Assembly (NCBI GenBank): GCA_963809665.1
Contig: CAWEKC010000001.1
Span: 222,219 to 286,218, forward strand
Reading direction: 5' to 3'
DNA length: 64,000 nt
Source of the DNA: Candidatus Gottesmanbacteria bacterium
Lineage (GTDB): Bacteria; Patescibacteriota; Microgenomatia; UBA10105; UBA927
Under the pieces are notes generated by a model. The model was given only the letters and a program-made list of their open reading frames with translations, was not told the DNA's origin and searched no databases. This document shows, one piece after another, positions 9,048 to 19,395 of the stretch (position 1 is the stretch's first letter; the number at the start of each line of letters is the position of its first letter). Made by a program: the position numbers and the translations under genes.

Positions 9048-11866
9048 GTCCATGCCTCGCAGATCAAGCGGAATTCACAAAAATCGCAGTATTTCCCAGG
9101 GGTTGGCTTAAAGTCACTTCGCGAAATTTCATCGGCGCGTCCGGCAATTTCCCGGCGGGCCTGCGCCAGCTGCTCCTTTGTGCGGGTGGCGGATACCTTC
9201 ATTTGGTCTTCAAAAAAGTAAAATGAGACAATCACTTTTTTCGACCCGCCCGCCATCGCATAGACAGTCAGTTGTAAATCTTTCTTCGGATCCCGCGCCT
9301 TTGGCGCCGTCCCGGTTTTATAATCAATAATTTCCAGCGTTCCGTCTTTTAACGTATCAATCCTGTCAATCTTTCCGCCGAGAGTGAGCGAGGGTGTAAT
9401 TTTCAGCTTAAACGGCTCTTCCAGACTTGTCGGTACAACAGCCGGATCGTACCCTTTGTCAAAAAACCCTTCAAGAAGATCCCTACCGTGACGTTTCATT
9501 TTCTCCTCATATTTTTTATCACCGTATCCCACCCGCGACCAATGATCATCCAATAGCCGCAGCAAATCATCTTTTGTAGGATGCGCGCCCTGTCTCACAG
9601 TTTCATAAAACGCGCGGATTGTTTTATGCATGGTATCGCCGAAAGACAGTGCCGCGGACGGCGGAACGGGAATACGGAGGATATACCGGTATCTGTATTG
9701 CAACGGACACGTCATGAATGTAGAGAGTTGTGAATAAGAGAGGTACGATATATCCCGTTTTTGTTTTTGAATTGGCTCCTCAGTTTTCTGCCAGTCAAGA
9801 AATGATAATTGCTTGCCCTCCGAAGTTTCAAATAAGGAGGGTTGTTTTCCAATAGCCTCTTCAATAAACGGAGATAATTTTTTCTCGCGTTTCCCCTCCC
9901 CGTAAAATTTCGCGCCTGTGAAAAAAAGGAAATCCCGCGCACGGGTTATCCCGACATAGAACAGCCTGCGTTCTTCTTCCTCGTGATAATCACCGATAGG
10001 AAGTATTTCTTTTACTAATGCGTCGGGAATAGGAATTTGCTCTTTCCTCTCAATCGTCGGGAACCGCGCGTTCACGAGATTTACCAGAAACACAACATTG
10101 AATTCCAGGCCTTTCGCGGAATGGACCGTCAGAATATTGACGGCATTATTTTCACTCCAGTCCATATCGGCGGCAAGAGGCGATTCGCCGAGAGTCATGG
10201 ACAGATCTATCCAGTCCACGACGGTAAATACACCCGCGTCCTCATGTTCTGCTTCGTAAGTTTTCAGTTTATTAAAAAACTTGGCAATATTTTCCGCAAT
10301 TTTTTCCTCTTTGGCGCTTTTGTATAACGTCAGCTGTTTCAATAATCCGGTGTCTGCCAAAAAGTAATACAATAGTTGCCCTGCTGACTCTTTCTTTATC
10401 ATCCCTAGGTGTTTATGTATGATCGAAACAAGTTTTTTAACCTGTTCCAAATCCGATTGTTCGCACGCTTCAAACAGGGACATTCCGTATTTTCTCGAGT
10501 AATTTATAAGCGCTGCGACATCCCTGGCGCTTACTCCCGCCCAATCCATCGTTAATACCCGGTACATCGCCACGTTATCTTCAAAGTTATACAGCACTTT
10601 AAGGTACGCGATAAGATCTTTGATCTCCGGCTGCCGGAATAGTTGTCCCGGCCCCAGGAATTGATAGGGAATCCCTGCATGAGACAGCGCCCGTGCAAAC
10701 GGTTCAGCGTGGTTGTTAGCCCGGACGAGGATGGCAAAATCAGCGTATGTGTAGTCGGTATGTTCACTAAGAAGTACTTTTATCTTACCGGCTACAAGAT
10801 CCGCTTCATGCTCGACGCGCTCGGCATACAACACCTCGATCGGTACCCCGTTTTTCCGCCGCATGCTTTCGAGTTTCTTATCCAGCTTTTGGACTACCTC
10901 CAGACGGTCGGGATTATTATGCTGGATAAGATCATACGAGCGATCAAGAATTTCTTTCGTCGACCGGTAGTTTTTCGTCAATACGACAATCTTTGCTTTG
11001 GGGAAGATTTTTCGGAACTGGATGATATTTGAAATTGCAGCTCCCCGCCAGCGGTAAATCGCCTGATCGTCGTCTCCGACAACCGTAATATTCTTCTTTT
11101 TACCTGCAAGAAGGACTGCTAGTTCATTCTGGGCGAAATTCGTATCCTGAAATTCATCAATGAGGATATATTTGAACTGCTGCTGATACTTTTTGAGTAT
11201 CGCAGGGCGGGTCCTGAATAGTTTTAGGGTCCAGCTTATAAGATCCGCATAGTCCGCCATGCCCTCTTTGACCTTCATCTCTTCATATGTCCGGAATGCA
11301 TTGGCGAGTTCCAGATATTTTTCTGTGTCCCCCGTAGCTTTGGCGGAGGGGGACTTTATCCATTTAAAATACTCCTGCGGCGTTACATCCTCGTCTTTAA
11401 GTCTGCTAAAGTGCTGGATCATACCGCTGATGAATTTTGAGGGGTTCCCTAGCGGCCGGAAATATTTCAAATCGAATTTGAAAATATTTTTTCTGAAAAA
11501 CAAAATAGTTTCCGCTTCCGTCATTAACTTATAACCCGGATCGATACCGATGTTGATTGCCTCCCCCCGCAGCACCCTGTCGCAGAACGCATGGAACGTG
11601 GAAATCCACATTTGCGTGACGCCGTAGGGGAGTGCGATATCAACACGAGTTTCCATCTCACGGCTGGCTTTTTCTGTAAATGTGAGCGCAAGTATTTCCG
11701 GCGGTTTGGCAATACCGGCAGCAATGAGGTATTTTATGCGTTCCGTGACAACGGTCGTCTTCCCCGTACCGGCGCCGGCAATAATCAGAAGCGGCCCCTC
11801 CCCAAATCTCACCGCCGCCTTCTGTTCGGGATTTAACTGTCTTTCTTCCACAGGAATCTTTACCAT
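9044..11866 (-). CDS. UvrD-type helicase fused to a C-terminal Cas4/RecB-family PD-(D/E)xK nuclease domain with an Fe-S cysteine cluster (AddA/AdnA-like, single polypeptide)
   Basis: The N-terminus, LNPEQKAAVRFGEGPLLIIAGAGTGKTTVV, is a UvrD Walker A. The C-terminus has YSQLSTFMTCPLQYRY (first Cys of the nuclease domain), IDRIDTLKDGTLEIIDYKTG (D...EIxDYK nuclease motif) and CDFCEFRLIC (CxxCx5C). Confidence 0.75.
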   Translation of the reverse strand: MVKIPVEERQLNPEQKAAVRFGEGPLLIIAGAGTGKTTVVTERIKYLIAAGIAKPPEILALTFTEKASREMETRVDIALPYGVTQMWISTFHAFCDRVLRGEAINIGIDPGYKLMTEAETILFFRKNIFKFDLKYFRPLGNPSKFISGMIQHFSRLKDEDVTPQEYFKWIKSPSAKATGDTEKYLELANAFRTYEEMKVKEGMADYADLISWTLKLFRTRPAILKKYQQQFKYILIDEFQDTNFAQNELAVLLAGKKKNITVVGDDDQAIYRWRGAAISNIIQFRKIFPKAKIVVLTKNYRSTKEILDRSYDLIQHNNPDRLEVVQKLDKKLESMRRKNGVPIEVLYAERVEHEADLVAGKIKVLLSEHTDYTYADFAILVRANNHAEPFARALSHAGIPYQFLGPGQLFRQPEIKDLIAYLKVLYNFEDNVAMYRVLTMDWAGVSARDVAALINYSRKYGMSLFEACEQSDLEQVKKLVSIIHKHLGMIKKESAGQLLYYFLADTGLLKQLTLYKSAKEEKIAENIAKFFNKLKTYEAEHEDAGVFTVVDWIDLSMTLGESPLAADMDWSENNAVNILTVHSAKGLEFNVVFLVNLVNARFPTIERKEQIPIPDALVKEILPIGDYHEEEERRLFYVGITRARDFLFFTGAKFYGEGKREKKLSPFIEEAIGKQPSLFETSEGKQLSFLDWQKTEEPIQKQKRDISYLSYSQLSTFMTCPLQYRYRYILRIPVPPSAALSFGDTMHKTIRAFYETVRQGAHPTKDDLLRLLDDHWSRVGYGDKKYEEKMKRHGRDLLEGFFDKGYDPAVVPTSLEEPFKLKITPSLTLGGKIDRIDTLKDGTLEIIDYKTGTAPKARDPKKDLQLTVYAMAGGSKKVIVSFYFFEDQMKVSATRTKEQLAQARREIAGRADEISRSDFKPTPGKYCDFCEFRLICEAWT

Positions 11867-11884
11867 TGTGGAGTCATTATATAC

Positions 11885-12433
11885 TTACTCCAAAATCTTT
11901 TCGAGAATTACAGGGAACTTATCATAACCGGGAACTGTTGATAAACTAAAATGTTTCTGCCATTTCATAAGTATGAGGTCACCGCCTAATTCGTTATGTA
12001 ATTTATCACCGTGATACGGCGGAACAAAAGGGTCATCGTTTGAATGAATGAAAATAAATCTTTTTGATTTAGATTTAATCTTTTTCCAATCAAATGGTTT
12101 AACAAAAAGCTCTTTTACCGGATCATAATTCAGGTCATCAGTAAACCCGGCAACCAGAATTGCTTTATTAATTTGAATTGTATCGGGTAAAGTCTCCAAA
12201 ATTCCCAATATCTCAACAGCACCGGAAGAATGACCTACAATAATTGAATCTTTATCAAACTTCCATCGTGAAAAAATATAATCGTTATATCGTTGTATAT
12301 TTGGTCTCTCAGCGTGGGGTAAATCCGGCACCCACACTTTATATCCACGAGTTTCGAGTTCTTTTCTCAACCATGGAAACCAATTTTTTGTAGAGTTATC
12401 TTCCGTTCCGTGTAAAATCAGGACATTCTTCAC
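11885..12433 (-). CDS. YdeN/RBBP9-like alpha/beta serine hydrolase
   Basis: LILHGTEDNSTKNWFPWLRKEL, a GHSSG nucleophile elbow, and about 180 aa. Confidence 0.6.
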   Translation of the reverse strand: MKNVLILHGTEDNSTKNWFPWLRKELETRGYKVWVPDLPHAERPNIQRYNDYIFSRWKFDKDSIIVGHSSGAVEILGILETLPDTIQINKAILVAGFTDDLNYDPVKELFVKPFDWKKIKSKSKRFIFIHSNDDPFVPPYHGDKLHNELGGDLILMKWQKHFSLSTVPGYDKFPVILEKILE

Positions 12434-13380
12434 TATTCCTCCAACTGTTTTTCTTCGCGGCCGGTAAAGCGTTGGGTTTTGGAAAGTTTCTGACCCAGGA
12501 CGTCAAAGGAGCCGGAGACGCCGCTCATGGTATTGTAGGCATTGCCGATATGCCGGCCTAATACCCCCAGCTGTTCCCCTGTTTTTTCATAATCTTTTTG
12601 AATAGCACGCAGCAACCGGAATACTTCTCGTGATTTCTGTTCCAGTTCTTTCCCCTGGAAACTCAAGAGCAGCACCTGTAAATGTGCATACAGCGTATTG
12701 GGAGAAACGGGATAGACGCGATTCCGGCGGGAAAAATCCATAAGATCTTCAATCGTTGCTATTTCGTAGTACACCGATTCCGATGGAATATACATGAGGG
12801 CAAAATCCATGGTCCCTTCCTCCGGCAGAATATATTTTCGGCTTATATCCGTAATGTGTTTTTTTACATCGGCAATAAAATCCCGTCTGGCAGCAAGCCG
12901 TACAGCTTCCGTTTCCCCTTTGTGCATCAGGGTAAAGTTTTCCATCGGGAATTTAGAATCGATACACAATAACCCCGCGTCGGTTTTGAGAACGGCATCA
13001 ACTTTTACTCCGGATTTAAACGAATACTGCAGATGAAATGAATTTTTCGGGAATGTTTGCCCGATCATGTCTTTAAGCACCTGCTCTCCGATATTACCGC
13101 GGAGTTTTGGCGACTGAAGAAATTCTTGTAAACTCCGGATTCCCCGTCCCATCTCGGACATTTCTCCGACGTGCTTATTTAAAGCTCCGATAACTCTGGC
13201 CGCTTCGTCCAAACGCCGATTCATTTCAGATGCAGACCCACTGACGGTAGCCTGCATGCTTTTAAGCCACTGTACAAGCACCCAAATGACAATTCCAAAA
13301 CCGACGGCAATACCGATACCGAGTACGATTTCCATGCAGAAACAAGATACCACACTTGCTATACTAATTCTATGAACCAT
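12433..13380 (-). CDS. rmuC: DNA recombination protein RmuC family
   Basis: N-terminal TM helix, a coiled-coil region, and a C-terminal RmuC-like nuclease domain (LLCIDSKFPMENF, DFALMYIPSESVY). The start may be the internal Met about 45 nt downstream. Confidence 0.55.
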   Translation of the reverse strand: MVHRISIASVVSCFCMEIVLGIGIAVGFGIVIWVLVQWLKSMQATVSGSASEMNRRLDEAARVIGALNKHVGEMSEMGRGIRSLQEFLQSPKLRGNIGEQVLKDMIGQTFPKNSFHLQYSFKSGVKVDAVLKTDAGLLCIDSKFPMENFTLMHKGETEAVRLAARRDFIADVKKHITDISRKYILPEEGTMDFALMYIPSESVYYEIATIEDLMDFSRRNRVYPVSPNTLYAHLQVLLLSFQGKELEQKSREVFRLLRAIQKDYEKTGEQLGVLGRHIGNAYNTMSGVSGSFDVLGQKLSKTQRFTGREEKQLEE

Positions 13381-13680
13381 CCGAAACGGAACATTTTATG
13401 GCTTATTTTGGGCATGAGCGGATTGAGCGTTCTGGGCTGGTTTATCAACACAATTCCGCCCGAACATATCGTCCTCCTTGTCCTCTTTTTTGTGATAATC
13501 GCTGCAACCACGTTTTTCTCTTCCCTCTTCATCTTTAAAATTGTGCGACGTGCAGTGCTGGTGACGATCGGCATGGTCGTATGGTTTGGTCTCCGACTTC
13601 TGGGACTGCGGGAACTTTGGTACCCGCTGCTTCTTATTCCCTGCCTCATTTCCCTTGAGATACTCTTCCAAAGAAGATAG
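13372..13680 (+). CDS. Small membrane protein with three TM helices, hypothetical
   Basis: The hydrophobic helices are evident. No recognisable domain. Confidence 0.35.
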   Translation: MNHPKRNILWLILGMSGLSVLGWFINTIPPEHIVLLVLFFVIIAATTFFSSLFIFKIVRRAVLVTIGMVVWFGLRLLGLRELWYPLLLIPCLISLEILFQRR

Positions 13681-13689
13681 AATCAGCTC

Positions 13690-15093
13690 ATGAGTAAGTT
13701 CTACGTCACCTGCGCTATCCCCTACGTCAACGCTCCTCCCCATGTCGGGCACGCCCTCGAATTTGTGCAGGGAGACGTGATCGCCCGATATCACGCGTTA
13801 TTAGGAGAGGAAACCAAACTTCTTTCCGGCGGCGACGAAAATGCCCTCAAAAACGTGCAGGCTGCGGATCTGGCCGGCATACCGGTTAAAGAATTTATTG
13901 ATGCCAACACACAAAAGTTTTTTGAACTTACCAAAGCCTTAAATTGCCGCTTTGACGTCTGGCAAAAAGGAAGCGACAAACAGCACCACTTCGTCTCATC
14001 GCAAAAACTCTGGGGCCTTTGCAAAAAAGACATCTTTAAAAAATCATATGAAGGGCTTTACTGCACGGGATGCGAACAGTTTTATACAAAAGAGGAATTG
14101 GATGAAAACGGGCAGTGTTTTGAACACCCCGGCAAGAAGCTTGAAATGGTAAAAGAGGATAATTATTTTTTCCGGCTCTCAAAATATCAGGATCAGCTTA
14201 TTAAACTTATTTCTGATGACACGCTCAAAATCATTCCCGATTTCCGCAAAAATGAAATGCTATCATTTCTCAAACAGCCGCTCCTCGACATAAGCATCTC
14301 GAGAAGTAACGACCGAGCAAAAAACTGGGGCGTGCCGGTGCCGGGAGACGACTCACAACGGATGTACGTATGGTTTGACGCGCTGAACATTTACCAGAGC
14401 GGTATCGGGTTCGGATGGGACGAGAAACAGTATGAAAAATGGTGGCCCGCGGACGTCCATGTCATCGGCAAAGGTATCACCCGATTCCATGCTGTTTACT
14501 GGCCCGCATTCTTACTATCCGCGGGACTTAAACTCCCGAAATCCATCTTTGTCCACGGATATTTTACGGTCAACGGACAAAAAATGAGCAAATCCGTTGG
14601 TAATGTCGTTGACCCGTTTGATCTTATCAAAAAATACGGCGCGGATCCCCTGCGCTACTATTTACTGCGCGAAATTCCCTCTGCCTCCGACGGCGACTTT
14701 TCCGAATCGAGATTTAAAGAACTATATAATGCTGATTTAGCCAACGGTCTGGGAAATTTAACGGCGCGTATTGCCAAACTCTGTGAGCTAAACCAAATAA
14801 AAGTTAGTGCAGCGCCGGTCAAAAATTATTTTTCAAAACATCTGGCAAGTTATGAATTCAGTCTAGCTTTGGAAGAGCTCTGGAAAGACATAAAGAAACT
14901 CGATGTAGAGATTAATAATGATCAACCTTGGAAAACAAAAGATACGGGTAAACTAAAAAAATATATTAATCAATTGATACATATAGGGGTTGCGTTGCAG
15001 CCATTTCTTCCCGACACGGCTCAGAAAATTCTTGAGCAATTCAAAGGACCCACGATTAAAGCGTCGGCTCCCCTGTTCCCGCGGCTCACGTAG
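13690..15093 (+). CDS. metG: Methionyl-tRNA synthetase, compact form
   Basis: The class I HIGH motif (PYVNAPPHVGHA) and KMSKS (GQKMSKSVGNV) are present, with a Zn knuckle CTGCEQF...CFEHPG. Confidence 0.85.
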   Translation: MSKFYVTCAIPYVNAPPHVGHALEFVQGDVIARYHALLGEETKLLSGGDENALKNVQAADLAGIPVKEFIDANTQKFFELTKALNCRFDVWQKGSDKQHHFVSSQKLWGLCKKDIFKKSYEGLYCTGCEQFYTKEELDENGQCFEHPGKKLEMVKEDNYFFRLSKYQDQLIKLISDDTLKIIPDFRKNEMLSFLKQPLLDISISRSNDRAKNWGVPVPGDDSQRMYVWFDALNIYQSGIGFGWDEKQYEKWWPADVHVIGKGITRFHAVYWPAFLLSAGLKLPKSIFVHGYFTVNGQKMSKSVGNVVDPFDLIKKYGADPLRYYLLREIPSASDGDFSESRFKELYNADLANGLGNLTARIAKLCELNQIKVSAAPVKNYFSKHLASYEFSLALEELWKDIKKLDVEINNDQPWKTKDTGKLKKYINQLIHIGVALQPFLPDTAQKILEQFKGPTIKASAPLFPRLT

Positions 15094-15094
15094 T

Positions 15095-15862
15095 ATGTAC
15101 ATCGATACCCATTGCCATCTTACGTTTCCCGAATATGATCCTGACCGCGCAATGGTCATCGGCAACGCAAAAAAGGCAGGGGTAAAACTATTTATCAGCC
15201 CGGGAGTTGATCCGTTTTCTTCAAATCAATCAGTATTGCTTGCCCAAAGGAATCCTGATACTGTATTTGCCGGCATCGGCTATCATCCGTACGAAGCACA
15301 GCATACCCCGCCGGTAGCAACGCTCGAACAACTGATCGCAACGCATAAAGAGAGAATTGTCGCTATCGGTGAAATCGGGCTGGATTATCATCAATATAAA
15401 AACGAGGAGGCGGCAGGAAAAAAGCAAAACCAGAAACTATTATTTGAAGAACAATTGCGGTTAGCCCGAAAAAACAATCTGCCGGCTATCATGCACGTGA
15501 GAGATGCGTTTGAAGATTTTTTTACTGTGTATGATTCGATCCCGGTAAAAGGAGTCATCCATTGCTTTTCCGGAGGAATGCAGGAAGTACGAAATGCTCA
15601 GGAAAGAAATTTATATATCGGTCTGGACGGTAATATTACCTATTCAAAACAACTTCAGTCCATAATTCCGGATATCCCTCTCCCGATGCTCCTTCTGGAA
15701 ACCGATGCGCCGTATTTAACCCCGGTCCCCCACCGCGGGCAACGCAACGAACCTAAATACATTCCCCTTATCGCAGCAGAGATTGCCCGGCTCCAGCACA
15801 TTGATACACAGCGGGTGGAAGATCAAACAACAGCAAACGCCAAAACCCTTTTTCGCATATAA
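15095..15862 (+). CDS. tatD: TatD-family metal-dependent DNase/hydrolase
   Basis: MYIDTHCHL start, with IGEIGLDY and HCFSG motifs. The ATG at 15095 lies 2 nt after the metG stop. Confidence 0.8.
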   Translation: MYIDTHCHLTFPEYDPDRAMVIGNAKKAGVKLFISPGVDPFSSNQSVLLAQRNPDTVFAGIGYHPYEAQHTPPVATLEQLIATHKERIVAIGEIGLDYHQYKNEEAAGKKQNQKLLFEEQLRLARKNNLPAIMHVRDAFEDFFTVYDSIPVKGVIHCFSGGMQEVRNAQERNLYIGLDGNITYSKQLQSIIPDIPLPMLLLETDAPYLTPVPHRGQRNEPKYIPLIAAEIARLQHIDTQRVEDQTTANAKTLFRI

Positions 15863-15869
15863 TACATAT

Positions 15870-16565
15870 ATGACAATATCTGTAGTTCTTCCGGCATATA
15901 ACGAGGAAAAATATATTACCCACACACTGGCATCAATTCATAAACTTACCCGGAAACCGGACGAGATCATTGTTATCGACGGCGGCTCGACTGACCATAC
16001 AAGAAAAATAGCGGAAAAACACGGCGCCCGGGTGATCACCATTGCACACCGCGGCATCGGGTATGCACGCCAAAGAGGTCTCGAAGCAGCATCTGGAGAC
16101 ATTATTGCATTCACGGATTCCGACACGGTCGTGCCTGCCGACTGGCTCTCCAAAATAGAAGAAACGTTATCCCGCCCCGGCGTAGTAGCTGTCTATGGCC
16201 CATACTTCGTGGACTTCGGATGGGCTCCGTATGTACTATTCAGTAACTTCGTCCAACCGTACTTATGGCTCTTTTTGCAACTGATTGGCCTCCCAATTGC
16301 CCCCGGTCAGAATTCGGCATTTATCAGGGCTAAAGGTATTGAGGTCGGCGGGTATCCCGTCGATTTCAAGGCTGCCGAGGATATCGAAATGATCCGGCGA
16401 CTGAAAACCATAGGTAAAGTAGTGTACCGTCTCGATAATAAGGTATTATCATCGGGACGACGGGGAAACGAAGGTTGGTCTATGATCACCAGAATGATAA
16501 AAGGGCTCGCTCTCTATTACACTACACGGAAAGCAGACACATTTGACTTCCCGGACATCAGGTAA
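15870..16565 (+). CDS. Family 2 glycosyltransferase (DPM/DPG-synthase-like)
   Basis: MTISVVLPAYNEEKYI, IVIDGGSTDHT, and a DSD-type motif (FTDSDTVV). Confidence 0.75.
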   Translation: MTISVVLPAYNEEKYITHTLASIHKLTRKPDEIIVIDGGSTDHTRKIAEKHGARVITIAHRGIGYARQRGLEAASGDIIAFTDSDTVVPADWLSKIEETLSRPGVVAVYGPYFVDFGWAPYVLFSNFVQPYLWLFLQLIGLPIAPGQNSAFIRAKGIEVGGYPVDFKAAEDIEMIRRLKTIGKVVYRLDNKVLSSGRRGNEGWSMITRMIKGLALYYTTRKADTFDFPDIR

Positions 16566-16608
16566 ATACCGCTTTATTCGTGCTATAATAACAGTTTAGA
16601 TTGTCATT

Positions 16609-18090
16609 ATGCGCCAATTTTTTTCCCTCTATCCGAATAAAACTCAGCGGCTTCTGGAAATACTTGTTCCCGGACTCTCGTGGATACTTATTACCATGCC
16701 GTTCTGGTTGTCATTTTGGCATCCGGCTCTCGTTGCATACCTCATTATTACATTTGATATCTACTGGTTTTATAAATCATTTTCGCTAGCGCTCTTCGCC
16801 ATCCAGTCTTTTGTTACGCTCAACGCACATATAAAAATCAACTGGCTGACGCTTGCGGCCCGGCTCCCGGATTTTAATTCGCTGTATCACATTATTATTA
16901 TTCCTGAATATCATGAGCCGCTACACATACTCCAGCGGACATTTGATAATCTGACGAAACAGGATTTTCCAAAAGACCGGATTATTGTTGTATTGGCTAC
17001 GGAGGAGAAAGACCCCGATGCTAAAGCAACTGGAAAAATTCTTAAAGATGCATACGGTAGCCGCTTCGGCCATTTCCTTGTAACCCGGCACGTCCTCCAT
17101 ACAGGCGAAGTCGCGGGAAAGTCCAGCAATATGGCGTGGGCGGGTAAACGGGTCGTAACGGAGATGAAAAAATGGGGCATTAGTCCGCAAAGCGCGACAG
17201 TGACTTCATGTGATGCGGATGCGCTCCTGCATCCGAAATATTTTTCCTATTTATCACATTCATTCCTCACGGACCCTGAAAGGGAAAAACATTTTTATCA
17301 GGGGGCTATCTTGTTTTATTCCAATATCTGGCGCATTCCCCTCCCAGGCAGAGTCCTCAACACAATTTACAGCATATCCAATCTGGCACTCCTTAAACAA
17401 AAACAGCGGCTGATAAATTTTTCCACCTACTCACTCGCCCTGACAACTGCAATGAAAGCGGGATACTGGGCAGTGGATGTCATACCGGAGGACTATCATT
17501 TATTCTTTAAAGTATATTTCCTCTACGGCGAACAGGTTGCAACCAGAAGTATTTTCCTTCCGATTTTGGTTGATGCCGCTGAATCACACGGATTTTGGCG
17601 CACAATGGTCAACCAGTACGAGCAATCCAAACGGTGGGCATGGGGCATCTCGGATATTCCGTTCGTCATACGCAATATGTTCATTCATAATGAAATTCCC
17701 CTGTGGGACCGGCTGCGGCGGCTTCTCCTTTTGATGGAACAACATGTGTTCTGGTCTTCCAACTGGTTTATTCTGACGCTGGGAAGTACCATTCCACCCA
17801 TCATCAATCCCGCTTTCGGACGGACTGTCCTGGGACATAATCTCGCACAACTCTCCTCGGGAATCCTCACACTCGCCATGGGGTTCCTGCTTGTCGTTCT
17901 TATTATCGACTGGCGAGCAAAACCTCCGCGTCCTGCCGAATTCAAAAAATGGCACCTTCCGTTTTTATATATCCAATGGCTGACATTGCCCATCGTTTCA
18001 TTCTTCCTGGCGGCACTCCCGGGCCTGGATGCCCATACGAGACTGCTTCTGGGAAAACGATTGGAATATCGCGTGACGGAAAAGGTATAA
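16609..18090 (+). CDS. Processive family 2 glycosyltransferase (cellulose/chitin/hyaluronan-synthase-like) with flanking TM helices
   Basis: It carries the D,D,D,QxxRW signature: DADAL, EDYHLF and QSKRWAWG. TM segments are predicted at both the N- and C-terminus. Confidence 0.65.
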   Translation: MRQFFSLYPNKTQRLLEILVPGLSWILITMPFWLSFWHPALVAYLIITFDIYWFYKSFSLALFAIQSFVTLNAHIKINWLTLAARLPDFNSLYHIIIIPEYHEPLHILQRTFDNLTKQDFPKDRIIVVLATEEKDPDAKATGKILKDAYGSRFGHFLVTRHVLHTGEVAGKSSNMAWAGKRVVTEMKKWGISPQSATVTSCDADALLHPKYFSYLSHSFLTDPEREKHFYQGAILFYSNIWRIPLPGRVLNTIYSISNLALLKQKQRLINFSTYSLALTTAMKAGYWAVDVIPEDYHLFFKVYFLYGEQVATRSIFLPILVDAAESHGFWRTMVNQYEQSKRWAWGISDIPFVIRNMFIHNEIPLWDRLRRLLLLMEQHVFWSSNWFILTLGSTIPPIINPAFGRTVLGHNLAQLSSGILTLAMGFLLVVLIIDWRAKPPRPAEFKKWHLPFLYIQWLTLPIVSFFLAALPGLDAHTRLLLGKRLEYRVTEKV

Positions 18091-18099
18091 TAAAACGGC

Positions 18100-19395
18100 A
18101 TGCTTCAATTTCTTATCCAACATTCACCCCTCCTGTACCTCACGCAGAGTCTCTGGCGAGACGAAGCATTTTCCGTGCTGATGGCATTGCGGCCGGTTTC
18201 ATTCATTGTTGCACAAGCCGGTTTTGAACCTCCTTTTTATTATCTTCTTCTTCACTTCTGGATCAAACTATTCGGGACGAGCGAAATTGCTTTACGGAGT
18301 CTGTCGCTGGTCGCATTTACCGGTGCCGCTGCTATCGTCGTTGTATGGGCGGAAAAACTATTCCGTAAACATTGGCTCTCCTGGTGGTTGCCGCTCTTTT
18401 TCTTTTTCAATCCGATGCTTCTGTATTATGGTATGGAAGGAAGAACATACGGGTGGTATATATTATTCGCCGTCTTATCGCTGTTTGCGTACACCGAACG
18501 CCGATGGTGGCTTTTAACCGCCGCAACAATTCTGGGATTTTATACCCATAGTTTTTTTCTTATTGTACCGTTTGCGGAGGTTGTTCATTACGTGTTAACC
18601 ACCAGCATACACTGGAAAAAAGATCCGATGGTGCGTGTTGTAGCAATTTCTGCCGTATCAATCGCACCATGGTTTGTAGTGCTGGCGCGGCAGGCAACTA
18701 TGTTCGGACATTTGTGGTACTTTCCGGTAGATACCAATCTCGTAACGTCAGTCCTGGGAAATCTGTTCGTCGGGTATGAAGGCACACCGTGGTATGTATG
18801 GAATTTCACGAAAGTACTTTCACTTATTTTTTTGGGTTTTAGCTTCCTTGCTTTCCGGTCGGAAAAAATCCGTAAAACTTCAAACATATTTCTCATTCAA
18901 ATTTATCTACCGCTCATTATTGTAATCGGTATTTCTTTTATCAAACCGTTATACGTCAACCGGTATGTTATTCCTGTCACAATTGCCCAGGTCATGATTA
19001 TTGCACTCGTGATATATGCAATACGAAACAGATCGGTACAAAAAATAGCTGCCGCAGTTTGCCTCCTCTTTGTCTTAGGATTCAATATATGGTACCCGGA
19101 TAAACATGCGAAATTGGACATCCGCTCAACCGTGACAGAAATCAATATGCTTAAATCCCCGACAGACGTGGTTTTCGCCGACAATCCTCTCATCTTTTTT
19201 GAAACCGTCTATTACAGTAACGACCGGGCACATGTGTACCTGTACAACCCGAGCAACAGTCCTTTCCCGTGGTATGTCGGGGGGTCGCTCGTGTCCCCGT
19301 CTCAAATGGTTTTAACCTATCCTCCGTATCCTATACGTGCGTTCATTGTACACACCAACGGCACCTTCGACGTCGTCTTCCGGACTGTCTTATGA
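18100..19395 (+). CDS. GT-C fold glycosyltransferase (ArnT/PMT-like, lipid-linked sugar donor), polytopic membrane protein
   Basis: About 11 predicted TM helices. An early periplasmic loop holds an acidic DE motif (LWRDEAFSV), as in the GT39/GT83 families. Confidence 0.55.
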   Translation: MLQFLIQHSPLLYLTQSLWRDEAFSVLMALRPVSFIVAQAGFEPPFYYLLLHFWIKLFGTSEIALRSLSLVAFTGAAAIVVVWAEKLFRKHWLSWWLPLFFFFNPMLLYYGMEGRTYGWYILFAVLSLFAYTERRWWLLTAATILGFYTHSFFLIVPFAEVVHYVLTTSIHWKKDPMVRVVAISAVSIAPWFVVLARQATMFGHLWYFPVDTNLVTSVLGNLFVGYEGTPWYVWNFTKVLSLIFLGFSFLAFRSEKIRKTSNIFLIQIYLPLIIVIGISFIKPLYVNRYVIPVTIAQVMIIALVIYAIRNRSVQKIAAAVCLLFVLGFNIWYPDKHAKLDIRSTVTEINMLKSPTDVVFADNPLIFFETVYYSNDRAHVYLYNPSNSPFPWYVGGSLVSPSQMVLTYPPYPIRAFIVHTNGTFDVVFRTVL

